The notes below the pieces were generated by a model that worked only from the letters and a program-made list of their open reading frames with translations, did not search any database and was not told where the DNA came from. This document shows positions 50,013 through 63,755 of a stretch of 64,000 nt of DNA, one piece after another; within the stretch, counting starts at the first letter, position 1, and each line of letters starts with the position of its first letter. Source of the DNA: Heterodontus francisci (taxonomy: Eukaryota); the NCBI RefSeq assembly GCF_036365525.1, contig NC_090383.1, forward strand, positions 92,632,164 through 92,696,163, given 5' to 3'. A program made the position numbers and the translations under genes.

Positions 50013-53000
50013 GGGAGGTGGTGGTATAGTGGTAATGTCACTGGACTAATAACCAGAGGCCTAGGCTAATGTTCTGGGGACATGGGTTTGAATCCCACCA
50101 TGGCAGATGGTGATATTTGAATTCAATTAATGAATCTGGAATTAAAAAAGCTAGTCTAATGGTGACCATGAAACCATTGTCGATTGTTGTCAGGAAACCA
50201 TCTCGTTCACGAATGCCCTTTAGGGAAAGAAATCTGCTGTCCTTACCTGGTCTGCATGTGACTCCTGATAATGGCCTAGCAAGCCACTCAGTTGGATCAA
50301 ACTGCTACAAATAATAAAAGGAATGAAATCGGACGGACCACCTGGCATCAACCTAGGCACTGGAAATGAGAACGGCAAACCCAGCCCTATCAACCCTGCA
50401 AAGTCCTCCTTACAAACATCTAGGGGGCTTGTGCCAAAATTGGGACAGCTGTACCACAGACTAGTCAAGCAACAGCCTGACAAAGTCATACTCATGGAAT
50501 CATCCCTGGGTATGTCCTGTTCCACCGGCACAGTGGTATACAGTCGGGAGGGAGTTATGCTAGGAGCCCTCAACATTGACTCCAGACCCCCATGAAGTCT
50601 CATGGCATCAGGTCAAACACGGGCAAGGAAACCTCCTACTGATTACCACTTACCGCTTCCCTCGGCTGATGAATCAGTGCTTCTCCATGTCGAATACCAC
50701 TGGAAGAGGTACTGAGGTTAGCAAGGCACAGAATGTACTCTGGGTGGGGGATCTCAAAGTCCAACACCAGGAGTGGCTCGGTAGTATCACTAAAGGACAT
50801 AGCTGCTCGACTGGGTGGGCGGCAGGTGGTGAGGGAAAAACCTAATTGATCTTGTCCTCACCAATCTACCTGTCTTAGATGCATCTGTCCATGACAGTAG
50901 TGGTAGGAGTGACCACCGCAAAGTTCTCGTGAAGATGAAGCCCCATCTTCACATTGAGGAAACCCACTGTGTTGTGTGGCACTACCACTGTGCTAAAGGG
51001 GAGGCGGTGGGGTAGTGGTAATGTCACTGGACTAGTAATCTAGATGCTAAGGCACTGGGAAAATGGGTTCGAATCCCACCACAGCAGATGGTGAAATTTG
51101 AATTCAATTAATAAATCTGAAATTTAAAAAAAAGCTAGTCTAATGGTGACCACAAAACCATTGTCGATTGTTGTAAAAACCCATCTGGTTCACTAATACC
51201 CTTTAGGGAAGGAAATCTGCTGTCCTTACATGGTCTGGTCTATATGTTACTCCAGACCCACAGCAATTTGGTTGACTCTTAACTGTCCTCGGAAGTGGCC
51301 TAGCATGCCACTTGGTTGTCAAGGGCAATTAGGGATAGACAACAAATGCTGGCCTTGCCAGCGACGCCCACATCCTATGAAAGAATAAAGAAAAAGAAAG
51401 ATTTCGAATAGACCTAGCAACTCAAAACTAGGCATCCATGAGGTGTAGTGGGCTAACAGCAGTATAGTATTCAACCTCATCCACAATCTGTAACCTCATG
51501 GCCTGGCATATGCCCCACTCGACCATTACCATCAATTCAGGGGACCAACCCTGGTTCAATACAGAGTACAGTAGGGCATGCTAGGAGCAGCGCCAAGCAT
51601 ACCTAAAAATGAGGTGCCAGCCTGGTGAAGCTGCAACACAGGACTAATTGCATGTCAAACAGTGTAAGCAGCATGCAATAGACAGAGCTAAGCAATCCCA
51701 AAACCAATGGATCAGGTCTAAGCTCTGCAGTCCTGCCACATCCAGTCGTGAATGTTGGTGGACAATAAAACAACTAACAGGAGGAGGAGGCTCCATAAAT
51801 ATCCCCATCCTCAAAGATGGGGGGGGGCAATGCACATCAGTGCAAAAGACAAGGCTGAAGCATTTTCATCCATCTTCAGCCAGAAGTGCCGAGTGGATAA
51901 TCCATCTCGGCCTCCTCCTGAGGTCCTCAGCATCACAGAGGCCTGTCTTCAGCAAATCTAATTCACTCCACGTGATATCAAGCAAAGTGATGGAAGGGGT
52001 CGCCGACAGTGTAATCAAGTGTCACTTGCTCAGTAATAACCTGCTCACTTACTCTCAGTTTGGGTTCCGCCAGGGCCACTCGGCTCCTGACCTCATTACA
52101 GCCTTTGTCCAAACATGGACAAAAGAGCTGAACTCCAGAGGTGAGGTGAGAGTGACTGCCCTTGACATCAAGACAACATTTGACTCAATATGGCATCAAG
52201 GAGCCCTAGCCAAATTGGAGTCAATGGGAATCAGGGGGAAAACTCTCCACTGGTTGGAGTTGTACCTAGCACAAAGGAAGATGGTGTGGTTGTTGGAGGT
52301 CGCATTTCAGTCGCAGGATGTCACTGCAGGCGTTCCTCAGAATAGTGTTCTAGGCCCAACCATATTCACCTGCTTCATTAATGACCTTCCCTCCATCATA
52401 AGGTCAGAAGTGGGGATGTTCATTGATGATTGCACAATGTTCAGTACCATTCGTGACTCCTCACTGAAGCAGCCCATGTCCAGATGCACAAGATCTGGAC
52501 AACATTCAGGCTTGGGCTGATAAGTGGCAAGTAAAATTTGTGCCACACAAGTGCTCGGCAATGATCATCTCAAACAAGAGAGAATCTAACCATCACCCCT
52601 TGATGTTCAATGGCATTATCATCGCTGAATCCCCCACTATCAACATCCTGGGGTTACCATTGTCTACAAACTGAACAGGAGCAGCCACATAAATGTTGTG
52701 GCTATCAGAGGCTGGGAATTCTGCGGCGTGTAACTCACCTCCTGACTCCCCAATGCCTGTCCACCATCTACAAGGCACAAGTCAGGAGTGTGATGGAATA
52801 CTCTCCACTTGCCTGGATGGGTGCAGCTCCAACAACACTCAAGAAGCTTGACACCATCCAGGATAAAGCAACCCACTTGACTGGCACCCCATCCACCACC
52901 TTCAATATTCACTCCCTTCACCAATGACGCACAGTGGCAGCAGTGTGTACCATCTACAAGATGCACTTCAGCATCTCAGCAAGGCTCCTTCGACAGCAAC

Positions 53001-53283
53001 CTCCAAACCCATGACATCTATCACCTAGAAGGTCAAGGGCAGCAGACATATGGGAACACCACCATCTGCAAGCTCCCCTCCAAGCCACACACCATCCTGA
53101 CTTGCAACTATATTGCCATTCCTTCATTGTCACTGGGTCAAAATCCTGGAGTTCCCTTCCTAACAGTACTGTGGGTGTATCTCAAGAGGCAGCTCACCAC
53201 CACCTTCTCAAGGGCAATTAGGGATGGGCAATAAATGCTGGCCTGGCCAGCGACGCCCACATCTCATGAACGAATAAAAAAAA
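50013..53283 (+). mobile_element. Near full-length decayed CR1/L2-group LINE with tRNA-SINE-like 5' head
   Basis: A/B-box head 50013-50293; endonuclease start (GLVPKLGQL..QPDKVILMES) ~50410; WVGD and DLVLTN motifs; RT in ORF 51648-52520; shared tail. Confidence 0.85.
50998..51398 (+). mobile_element. Complete tRNA-headed SINE nested inside its partner LINE
   Basis: A-box TGGGGTAGTGG, anticodon-like arm CTGGA-CTAGTAA-TCTAG, B-box GGTTCGAATCC, LINE tail, A-rich end; LINE-like sequence continues on both sides. Confidence 0.88.
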
Positions 53284-53764
53284 TGTATACCTGAGATGGG
53301 GAACTCCCACTGTGGTGACTGAGCTGGCTTTCTATCACCATTGAGTTTTACCCAAAGTGTAGTATAAAAAAAGGTATCTGTTTTAAATAGTAATCTGTGT
53401 GGTCTTCTACATCTTGTGAGGAGCATGAATGATGCCCAACCCCCTACACCCCACCCCCACTCTCCCCTTCCCCCGAATCAACGACAACTGGTATTTATAT
53501 AGAGCCTTTAACATTCTAAAACGTCCCAAGGCACTTCACAGGAATGGTATCAAACTTTGTGCTGCCTGTTCATATAAATGACTTCAGTGACCTGTCAGCG
53601 CTGCTGACTGGCTGGATGCATCAGCAAGAGGCCAATGTTGTGAAAGGCTAGCACCAATTAAAGCAAGCCTGCACCTCTTAAAGGGAAGGTGTATCGTGGC
53701 TAGAGCAGGTACTGGCAGTTAGGCAGGAAGTGAATCTGACCTGTGAAACATTGAAAAATCGCAC

Positions 53765-54415
53765 AACATGGGACAGAGCAGGCTCCAAAGTTTTCAGACT
53801 CTGCACCAGAGACCTTGGTAGATGAGGTGGAGAAGAGGAGAAATGCCCTGCCTCGGCAGCGAGCCAGGAAGCACTCCAGACATATGCCCAGAAGCCATGG
53901 AGGTCAATGCCAGAGTCAAGCCCTGGGGACCTGGATGCAATGCTGCACGAAGTTCAATGGCCTCACACAAGCTGTCACGGCCGGTGAATATATCTTCAAA
54001 TGCCATATCCTACCAACTGCACCACCAGACTCAGACACTGCTCAAATCATCACATTCCCATTACTCACCTGCCAACAATCTTTATCAATCAGGCCTTATA
54101 TCTGACATTCATAGCTTCACCTCACCCTCACACGCTTAGCACTGCTGCAATCCTCACGCCCACGTTGCACAGCTTTCACACACAGCCAGCTTTTCAACCA
54201 TGACAGCCACATCACACAAAAACATTGCATGACACACACTGACATACTTCCCTCTCTCTTGCAGGAAAAGGTGGCACACATCCAGAGGCAGCAGGGGTTA
54301 ACTGGATGGGAACATGGCGACTATATGTCCTAACCTCCATGGATGAGGCAGTGTTGGCTACTACTGGGACTGCCATTGCTGAGACCGTGGCTAGCGGTGG
54401 GGCACAGCCATCGAA
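53765..54415 (+). pseudogene. Harbinger Myb/SANT-like ORF remnant, apparently spliced
   Basis: APKFSDSAPETLVDEVEKRR..WMQCCTKFNGLT; acceptor-like CCCTCTCTCTTGCAG at ~54264. Confidence 0.65.
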
Positions 54416-54699
54416 CAGTGAGCGTCGTGTGGGTAAAAGGTACTGATTAGCAAGAGGTTTCCTTCATCCTATTTGACCTGCAGACAAGAGATTTCATGGG
54501 AGTCAATGTTCAGGACTCACTGCTGATGGATCTGAAGTCTGGAATATTGAGATACATATATAATTGTGTGAGTACAACTCAGACAGGCTGTTGCTGGATT
54601 AGTCTGTGGGATAGTCCTCCCAACCTCAGGACCCAGATGTCCATGAGTACTTTGCAGAGTTGACTGGGTGATGTATTGTCAAGTGTCTGGGTTGTTGCT

Positions 54700-55812
54700 G
54701 ATAAATTCAAAAATAAGGAAGAAATCAGACAAAGTAACTGTTTTCTCATTGGCCATTATCAGGAAAACTATATATGCCAAACAGGACATATTAATTTCAT
54801 CAGTTGGAAACTTACCTTAGACTTTTAATGGGAAAAATCCTACAAGTTAACTTTAAAAAAGAACTAGCAGCCAACACGGCCACTGCAATTTACATTTAAA
54901 ACACCAGGAGATTGGACTGGAGACAAAGACTCTAACAAGAAGCTCAGCCACAACAATGCTTTGGCTTACTGAGTAGATTAGCCAGATGATCCTCGTTAGC
55001 GAGCCATTCAAAGTCATCCTGAGGCATTCATAAGTGGAGACGTCCCTCCAGAGGGTATACACTGGCAACCCCACCCAAGAGGAGTTTTGGGTTTTAGACT
55101 TTGGACCTCATTAAAAACAAAAGGGATTGATAGAATCATGTGACTGCTTGCGCATCTCCGAAGAAACTGGAATTTTTGTCACGCAAAACAGGCAGTAACT
55201 GAGTATACAGCAACAAAGCAGGTGGCTACTCCCGTGTGTGTGTGTGTCTCTCTCTCTCCCCAGAAAATATCAAGGAAAGAACGGGCCGTGATTGGGGACC
55301 CTCCAGATTTACAGACCGCTATAGCCAGCAACCAGGGGAAGAGAATCAACTACCAATTCTGCTTTCAGGAAAGCTTTGAACAAAGCAAGCCAACCAAAGT
55401 GCACTTTGGCCAGCGAGGACTTCAAGACTATAGCTTCAGCCAAGGACTACTGGATTCACAGACTGTATTGAAAGTTCCATTTATTCTGGACTTTAACCCA
55501 ACCACTAAATCTGTTTCCCTCTGTAATCTATTTGTGTGTGTGTGATTCTCGTGTGCATGTGTGCCTGAATGTGAAGCGTATTTCTAAATTGGGTTACAGT
55601 GGTAAGTATAATAAACTTACCTCTTTCTTGTTTAAACTCAAGAAAACTTGTCCGATTGGTTCTTTTGCAATCACGTTGGAGGAAAAAGGTAAAAATACCC
55701 ACTGAGGTGGTAAGCACAACCACTGTTTTAAAAAGGAATAAACCTTGTTGTGGTTAAATAACAGAAAGGGTGAAAGGGGAGCCTGTGACCCCCTCCTCAC
55801 CTGCCCATAACA
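54700..55812 (+). mobile_element. Solo LTR, 5' end not defined
   Basis: Ends CCTGTGACC..CCCATAACA like the 23655-24654 LTR (CCTGTG..GTCGTAACA); AATAAA signals; TG-rich stretch. Confidence 0.55.
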
Positions 55813-56659
55813 ACCATATAATATTGGGCTGGAGTTATGTAAAGCCATGACTTCTTGGGAGTGGCAGGCTCCTTTCACTGAATGGATTAATTCAGAAATG
55901 AAACCTTTCTTTTCTGATAATTTATTTAATTTCACTATTTGCTAAGGTGGGATTTGAACTCACAACCTCTCAGTCGCTAGTTCAAAACCACTAGGTTACC
56001 TAACTGATAGATATAAGGGGGCAATATAAAAGCCATTGAAAAGTGTTGAACAGATAAGTTAAACCACATTGTGCAAACAATTTAGGTTGGGCCAATTGAC
56101 ATTGAGCTCAGCTCAAAAGAAAAAACCCCACAGCACTTTTGGAACTCGTCAATTTATCCCTGCTGTGACCGACGTGTCATGCAGGCAAAAGTTAAGAGAG
56201 ATAACAGTAAGCTGGATCAAATCTTCCCTGGACCCTTTCTTTTTTAAAATGCTCTAAGTAAGTAGCGTGCAGAATGACAGAAATTGGGCATCGCCATTAC
56301 TTAGAAGTTTAACCTTTAATAGGAACTCCTTTGCTGAATCCAGAAAAGGTTATGTAAGAACAGGGTCTGATTATATATTCAATTTCTTTCTCCTACTGCA
56401 CAAACAGGAGAGAGGAAAAGATAGCCATGTCATCCAATTCCCAGTCTGATTGCCTCCTGCTTTCCACATCATTTTCCAGTCCTGGGCCTACTCCAATGAA
56501 ATGTGTTTTTTTTTTACAGCACTTCCCTGCAGCATGGTTTCGAAAGGATTGGTAAACAACCCTTACAGAAATGACAAATGTGAGCGTGCCAAGAGCTAAG
56601 TGTGCAGACTATATGCTGCCATAAGAATGAACTTAGTGCCAGTTATGTGACTAAGGCCT

Positions 56660-57240
56660 CTGTCAAAGCCGCTTTCCTCAGCTCATCTGCTTCTGAATCC
56701 CTCATCCCATGTCTTAGTTACCTCTAAACACAACTATACCAATGCTCTCCTGGCCATCTTGCATCTTTTATAAATTTGAGCTCATTCAAAATTCTGCTGC
56801 CCATATCCTAACTTGTACCAAGTCCTGTTCACTCATCATCCCAATGATCACTGACCTATATTGGCTCCTGATCCAGGAAAGCTTCAATTTTAGAAATCTC
56901 ATCCTTGTTTTCAAATCCCTCCATGGCCTCGGCCCTCCCTAAATCTGTAACCTCCTACAGCCCTACAATCCTTAGAGATCTCTTCCAATTCTGGCCTCCT
57001 GCACATCCCAGATTATAATCACTCCATCCCTGGTGGCTTTGCCTTCAGCTGCCTATAGGCCCTTGGCTCTGAAATTCCCTCCCTAAACCTCTATCTTCCT
57101 TTCAAATGCTCCTTAAAACCTGCCTCTTTCCTATCAGAATATCTCCTAATGTGGCTCAATGTTATATTTTGTTTGACAATGCTCCTGTAAAGAGCCTTGG
57201 GATGTTTTACTACATTAGCGTGGTATATAATTATGCTGTT
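56660..57240 (+). mobile_element. L2 LINE 3' fragment
   Basis: ELIQNSAAHILT..ITDLYWL..LVFKSLHGL.P; L2 tail. Confidence 0.8.
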
Positions 57241-57614
57241 TTTGTTCCTGACTGGCAATGGGAGGCATGCAAGAGCAGTTCAGCGAGATTCTGGCTCCCA
57301 TTTTCTAGGTGCAATTATGCACCTAACCTCTACTTGGAGTGGCTGAAATAGTTAAGCCATCATTTGAGGCATCACAAGAAGGAATCCTTGTTCAACATCT
57401 TTACAACATACTGCAGTAGAGCTCCAGTACACTTATGTTACTGTGTTTACCTCCAAAATCATTACTTGTATAGGAAATACAAATGACTGAATGCCATTTG
57501 TACAAGGGAGAGGTCTCATTTTTTGTAAAGTAGATTTACCACAGATTTTATTTTGTATTTGCTTTCCATTCACATTTTTTCAGATAATAAAGCAGATAGT
57601 GAATCAGTCCATGA

Positions 57615-58375
57615 AATATGCAGCGAGACCTGGAAAACATCCAGGCTTGGGCAGATAAGCGGCATGTAACATTCGCACCACGCAAGTGCCAGTCAATGAC
57701 CATCTCCAACAAGAGCAATTCTAACCACCTGCCCTCGACATTCAACAGCATACCCTCACTGAAACCCCCCGCTATCGGTATCCTGGGGATCACCACTGAC
57801 CAGAAACTTAACTGGACCAGCCACATAAATACTGTGGCTAAAAGCACAGGTCAGAGGCTGGGAACTCTGCAACAAGTAACTCACCTCCTGACTCCCCAAA
57901 GCCTTTTCACCATCTACAAGGCACAAGTCAGGAGTGTGATGGAATACTCTCCACTTGCCTGGATGAGTGCAGCTCCAACAACACCACTCAGGAAGCTCGA
58001 CACCATCCAGAACAAAGCAGACCACCTGGTTGGAGCCCCATCCACCACATTAAACATTCACTCCTTTCACCACTGGTGTACCATGGTAGCATCCATAAGA
58101 TGCACTGCAGCAAACCATCAAGGCTTCTTCTTCAACACCTCCCAACCCCGTCACCTCTACCAACTCAAAGAACAAGGGTTGCAGACACATGGAAACACCA
58201 CCACCTGCCAGTTCTCCTATAAGTCACACATCATCCTGAATTGGAAATATTACAGACCGCAGTGGTGCAAAGATGCAGTTCACCACCACTTTCTCAAGGG
58301 CAATTAGGGATGGGCAATAAATGCCGCCCTTGCCAGTGACATCCACACCTCAGGAATGAATAAAAAAAGGAATGA
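57615..58375 (+). mobile_element. CR1/L2-group LINE 3' fragment
   Basis: ORF 57618-58307 DLENIQAWAD..HHHFLKGN and shared tail. Confidence 0.88.
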
Positions 58376-58910
58376 AAATATTTCCAAAATTCAAGAAGCC
58401 AGAATCAATGACTCAAAATCTCTGTCAATTTTTCTCTCTATTTTTATGTTGAGCTATAATGACATTTTTCATGGTCTCACAGCAGGTCCCACCTTTACAC
58501 AAAATCCTCATAAGTTGGCACAACACTGTTTTTGGGGTGCAGGATGAGGCAGGAAAATATCGTAAGACAAAACAAAGTAACATGCAATCTATCTGTGGAC
58601 CTGTACATCACAAATGGCGCGGACAGCACAACAAAGATTACCCATGAGATCCTGCTTTTGCAGCTCAATTGTTCCTGTCCAGCAATTTTAGCTTACGACA
58701 GACTGACATCAATATACAGTCAACACGCATTAGATGTTAAGGTCTATTAAATGTTATCAAGCCCAGCAACAAGAAAACTTAGAAATTTACTGCAGGTTTT
58801 TTTGTTTCCCCTTTCCCAAATGACCCAGACAAAGAGACAGATAATCAATCAGAAAATCACTAATGTGCTCTTCTAACTCATTAATGGGGTGGGGGGGGGG
58901 GGGGGGGGGG

Positions 58911-59120
58911 GGTTAGTCAGTTAGCTCATATGGCTAGAGTGTGATGCAGAAAGACACCAACAGCGTGGGTTTGATCCCGAACCAGCTTTGGTAGTTCATG
59001 AAGGGCTGCCTCCTTGCCTTGCCCTGCCCCATGATTGAGGAGTGGTGACCCTCAAGCTATACATCACCAACTGTCTCTCTCTAATGGGGAGAGATGCCTA
59101 TGGCCCATTGGGACTATGGC
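58911..59120 (+). mobile_element. tRNA-like SINE, another family
   Basis: TAGCTCATATGG A-box-like and GGTTTGATCCC B-box-like motifs, preceded by a G run. Confidence 0.5.
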
Positions 59121-59799
59121 TAGAACAAACTCACTAATACAGTCAGTCACTGCACTTTGAAATAATTCACTGTATGCAAAATGCTTCTGAGAGATATGAT
59201 ATGGTGCTGCATAAATCCAAGTAGCCAAAGTGTTGTGAACATCAAAACAGCACTGTGCAGTCATTAATCACAGACAAACAAAAAGTCATGACTCTAAGTC
59301 CACAGTGCATCTTTTCCATAACCAGAACCTGTCTTGTGTCTCTCTGGATGAGGATGTTATATCAACTTCTGTAACAATTAATTTTGAAAAATTCCACATT
59401 TCTCTTATGTAGGCAATGGAGCTGCATTTATTTTATTTCTTTATGTGAATTTACTTTCTTCCTCTCTTAAGTGCTCCAATGCCACCCCCCACCCCCCCCC
59501 CCCCCCACCGCCAATCCAGTTAGATCCACAGTAATCCCATCAACATGAAATGTCCCAACATACCCTGAAGTGATGAACATAAAATTCTGGAATGAAATGG
59601 ACAGATGCTCATTTGAGGTTACAACACAGCAACCGACGTAAATAATTATCGTATCCCAAAAAAAGGTATAGAAACTAAAATTGACAAAATAGTCACTGTA
59701 TATAATCTCTGCTTAAACTAAATACGAACAGCAAAACCCCTTTATTGTTTCCCATGTTTGTATTTGTGTGCAGCACACAGTTCAACCACAGTATCAGTT

Positions 59800-60200
59800 T
59801 ATCTCAGTTAGTAGCCCTCTTGCCTCTCAGTAATAAGGTTTTGGCTTCAAGTCCTCTTATACATTTGATCACATAGTCTAGGCTGATATTTTGGCACAGT
59901 ACTGAAGAGAGTACTGCATTGGCAGAGGTCCTTCCTTCAGCTGAGATATTAAAGTGAGGCTCTGCCTGCCTGTCCTGGTGAATGTAAACCATTTCATGGC
60001 ACCAACTGAAGACCACAAAATTCTCCTACATCCTGGCCATCACACAAAGTTACTAAAACAAATTAACTGGTCATTTATCTCCTTGGTGATTGCTGTTTGC
60101 AAACTGGCTGCCATACTTGTCTATGGAACAAACTTTGAAAATTATTCTGTGGCACTTTGGGATATGAAAGTGCTTTATAAAAAGAAGTTCTGCCTTTCTT
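59800..60200 (+). mobile_element. Degraded Deu-domain SINE
   Basis: Head and CATGGCAC..TCCTGGCCA core like 13205-13605. Confidence 0.65.
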
Positions 60201-61399
60201 TGTGAGATATTATGATATGGATTAATACATACCCTTATTTGTGTCTGCTTTTTTGTAAGAGGCATTGAAAGCAATGACAGTTTAGATTCTAGATTAAAAT
60301 AGAAAGTGAGTATTTCCAGCACTTTCTGTTTTTATTTCAGATTTCCAGCATCTGCAGTATTTTGCTTTTATTTTAGATTCTAGATTTTTTCTCCTAAATT
60401 GATGAAGTCATGTTAAAATTTGGTCTGACTGATGATGGCTGCCCTTGTCTAGTTCATAACACAAGGCTGAATACGTATTGATCGAGCTTGATTAGAACCA
60501 TGCAGGCCAGGACAGAGCACCAGAAACATGATCATCAAACAAAGGGAAACATCCCTGCAATTTTGCATATCCCACAAGTTACACAAATCCTGGGGACTTT
60601 AAATGTTGAATAGGATACAGTTTTCATTCAAGCGTGCCTTGTCTACATTTTTAAATGTTTCATGACAAGCTCTGAGATTTGGAAATCATTGCGAAAGTGC
60701 ATCATATTTCAAATACTTGTTACAGCTCTTCAGAGAGCATCCATGGAATCAATTCCCAACTTTAAGTATCTGTTAATGCTACATTTTAACAGACCCAGCT
60801 GGATACATGGCTTCAATTCACCAGAACAGTTCCTCAAAGCTCCCTGAGGTGACCCAGCTGAGTGGCTTACATTACAGTAACTGTCTGGGTAGTTTCTTTT
60901 CCATCTGCCAATCTTCACTGCACAGACAGGCAAACAAGGCAGACAGCTCTCCAGATACTATAATGTCACCAAGCATCAGCAGTCAGATAGTGATCAAAAA
61001 GCTACAGTTGGCACAGCCTTTTGTGTAGTACATGCTCTTTCTGCAAGGTTATACTGCTGATTTTTCCAGTTTCTCTTCAAGTATATTCACTGAATTCTCA
61101 CACTCAGTGAACTTCCAAGCATAATGAGGGATTGTGACACCAGAATCTGAGAATGGGAGTAAGTCAAGTTTGTTCTTTGACATATCGTAAAATTTTCTTT
61201 AATTCATTTAAATATATTAAATTAAGGAGCCATAGCCCTGAATATGCTTTTAGCAGGAAGATCTCTAATACTGTAGCTTCAGTATCAATAATCTGGTCAA
61301 TGCAAAAAAATTTACCATTTATGGCAGATGAATCTTAACATGGACAAGTGTAAATTTTAAACATAGGATTAAAAAAATATGGCCCACATATTCCATGAA

Positions 61400-61960
61400 T
61401 GGTGTCATAATAGTTAAAGTGAAACTGAAGGGGATGTAGAGAATTTGGCACATTCAACTCTCCATTTCCAGGCACTGTGCAGCAGCAATCAGCAAGGCAA
61501 ATAGAATGCTAATGTGTATAGCCAATATTGTGGAATGGAGATTGGAGGAAGTCATACTTAAACCGCATAATGCTGTTGTTACACCACGCCACACCTTGAA
61601 TAATTTTTCCAGTTCTTGTCATTGAAACACATGTGAGAGACATTCAACCTCTGGAGCCAAGGCAAAGATCCACAAAGACTGATTCCTCTTGTCAGAAGGC
61701 TGAGTTACGAGGGCAGACTGGAGAAACTTAATATTTCATCCTTGAAATGGCAAGTGGCCTTATGTAAAACAGTAAATGATATAGAAAGGATTGATCTGGA
61801 ACATTACTTCAAAATAAACTATGATAATAAGACATGGGCTTCAGTTTTAAACGAGTAAAAGATGAACTGAGCACGGATGGCAAGAAAATCTTCTTCACAC
61901 AAAAAATGGTCAACACTTTGAATGGAATTTTGCCTTGGGTAGTCAAAGCAAAGGTCTGGG
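61400..61960 (+). mobile_element. Old CR1 3' fragment
   Basis: Degenerate PHLE, LSYEGRLEKL, FFTQKMVNT motifs. Confidence 0.6.
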
Positions 61961-62374
61961 AAACAAGTAGCTGGTTGCCAGCACAGGAGGATTGAAGGGT
62001 TCTTCTGGATGGAAGAACGAGCATGTGGTGATCTGCCGTCCTCATATTTAATAGTCTTGTAATCCAAAACAACACCAGGAAAGCACAATGTGCTGGTGCA
62101 CTAATGCGCTGCCTCACAGAGTTCACTTTGTGTCTGGGCTCTCCACACATGGGAGAGGATTTCCGCTGTGTATTATCAAAATCTTCTCTCAGTGAGTTCC
62201 CAACTTCATCTCGCCAGGAGACACACAGCAGGGAACAGGAATAAAATAGATACTTTCTCAATGAGATAAGGACAAAAAGACATAGATATTTATTCTCATG
62301 ATCCTCAATCTGGATAGATGTTGAACAGTGGCCAGGTGCTTCCTCAGAGGAAAGGTTTCTAATACTTTGACACA

Positions 62375-63116
62375 GGCTGGAATTTTACGGTGGATGGACA
62401 GGATCCGGACTCCGACGTGAACGTCGGTGGCGAACCTGCTTCCGCCTAGCCTGGGGATCTGTCCCGTATTTTACGAATGCCCTGGCTTTAATTGTCCCGA
62501 GGCGGGACTTCCACCCACTTGTGGGAGGAGGTCCCGCCTCAGTGAGCTGCCGGCCAATCAGTGGGCCGGCACGCTTAGTCCCAGCAGCGTCACTGGGAGC
62601 GGTGGCTACTGCTGGGACTGCAGCCAAGCTGACGCCATGGATCGAGGAGGGAAGGTAAGTAGGGGCATGCCTCACCAGGGGGATCGGTCCTTCCCTGGTG
62701 AGGCTGGAGTGGTCCTTTGGAGGGAGGGGGGGGTGTCTTGGGCCCTTGGGGTGGGTTGGGAAGCGGGGGCGGACCTCAATCAGGCATCCTGTGCCCGACT
62801 GCCATGCCTCCCCTCGGGGCGCGGAAAGACCGGCAGCTATCGCTAGGCAGCCTTTCACGTCCCGAGCACACCCGCTTGCCATGGTAAAATACCTGTGGAG
62901 GTGGGCGAGGGCCCTAAAGTGGCCGTTAAGTGGCCACTTAAGGGTCTTGATTGGCCTTGGGTGGGCGGGCCGTTTCCCACCCCCCCCCCCGCCTGACCTT
63001 GGTAAACTTGTCCAGAGGTGGAATCGGGGTGGGTAGGCCTCCCGGAGCCTGCTGCTCAATTTTATGCTGCCCCCACGCCACCATCCAACCCGCTGGGGCA
63101 GCATAAAATCCCGGCC
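62375..63116. mobile_element. PIF/Harbinger-type MITE
   Basis: TIR GGCTGGAATTTTA / TAAAATCCCGGCC; TSD ACA; CpG-rich; homologous to 7880-8640. Confidence 0.85.
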
Positions 63117-63755
63117 ACAGTGTGTATGGTGATCAACTGATGCAATTAAGTGTGAAATGCTCATGAAAAATCAACCCATTTGAGTAACAATTGACCCAGT
63201 CATTAGCCCACAGCAAGTATTTCAAGGTCATGGCAAAGACTGTCCTCATACAATGCTGATTTTAAGCACTCTGAGTTCAGAATTAAAACTTAACCTTTTC
63301 ATAATGTATCTGTGCAAAAAAAAAAGGAAACATATTTCGATCTGATAACCAGACTTGAATGCATGTTGATATCAGTTGTACTTGAATAATTGCTGCTTGC
63401 TATACCATAATAGAGGCTGCTATGGTTGCAACTACTGGAGCTCTAATGTTTATCTTTCAATGCATTTGTGACTTAGTTTATCTATTGTCATGCATGGAGA
63501 GCTAATCTATATGCTGCTAACAGCATCATCAAAAGAAAAATTTGTCTTGCAGTAATTCTGCTTCCAGTCGCTTGAATATTCTTTCTGCTCAGTTCTTTAT
63601 GAAAAGATTTCAACAGCTAGGGAGGTACTGAGACCAGAGAGCTCCCATGTTTGATCTCCGAAATTCAGTCAGAGTCGTAAAAGGGGTGATACAAATCTCC
63701 TCAATGCTCCTGGGCTAGGGAAAGACACTGAATACTCCCAATTCAACGACTTTTA

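Noticed and set aside
51000-51085. Possible genuine tRNA gene
   Set aside because: Extended A-B spacer, imperfect stems and continuation into a SINE body; the same applies to HE1 heads
62385-63164. 259-aa minus-strand ORF
   Set aside because: Lies in a GC-rich MITE, has no domain motifs, and overlapping ORFs occur on both strands
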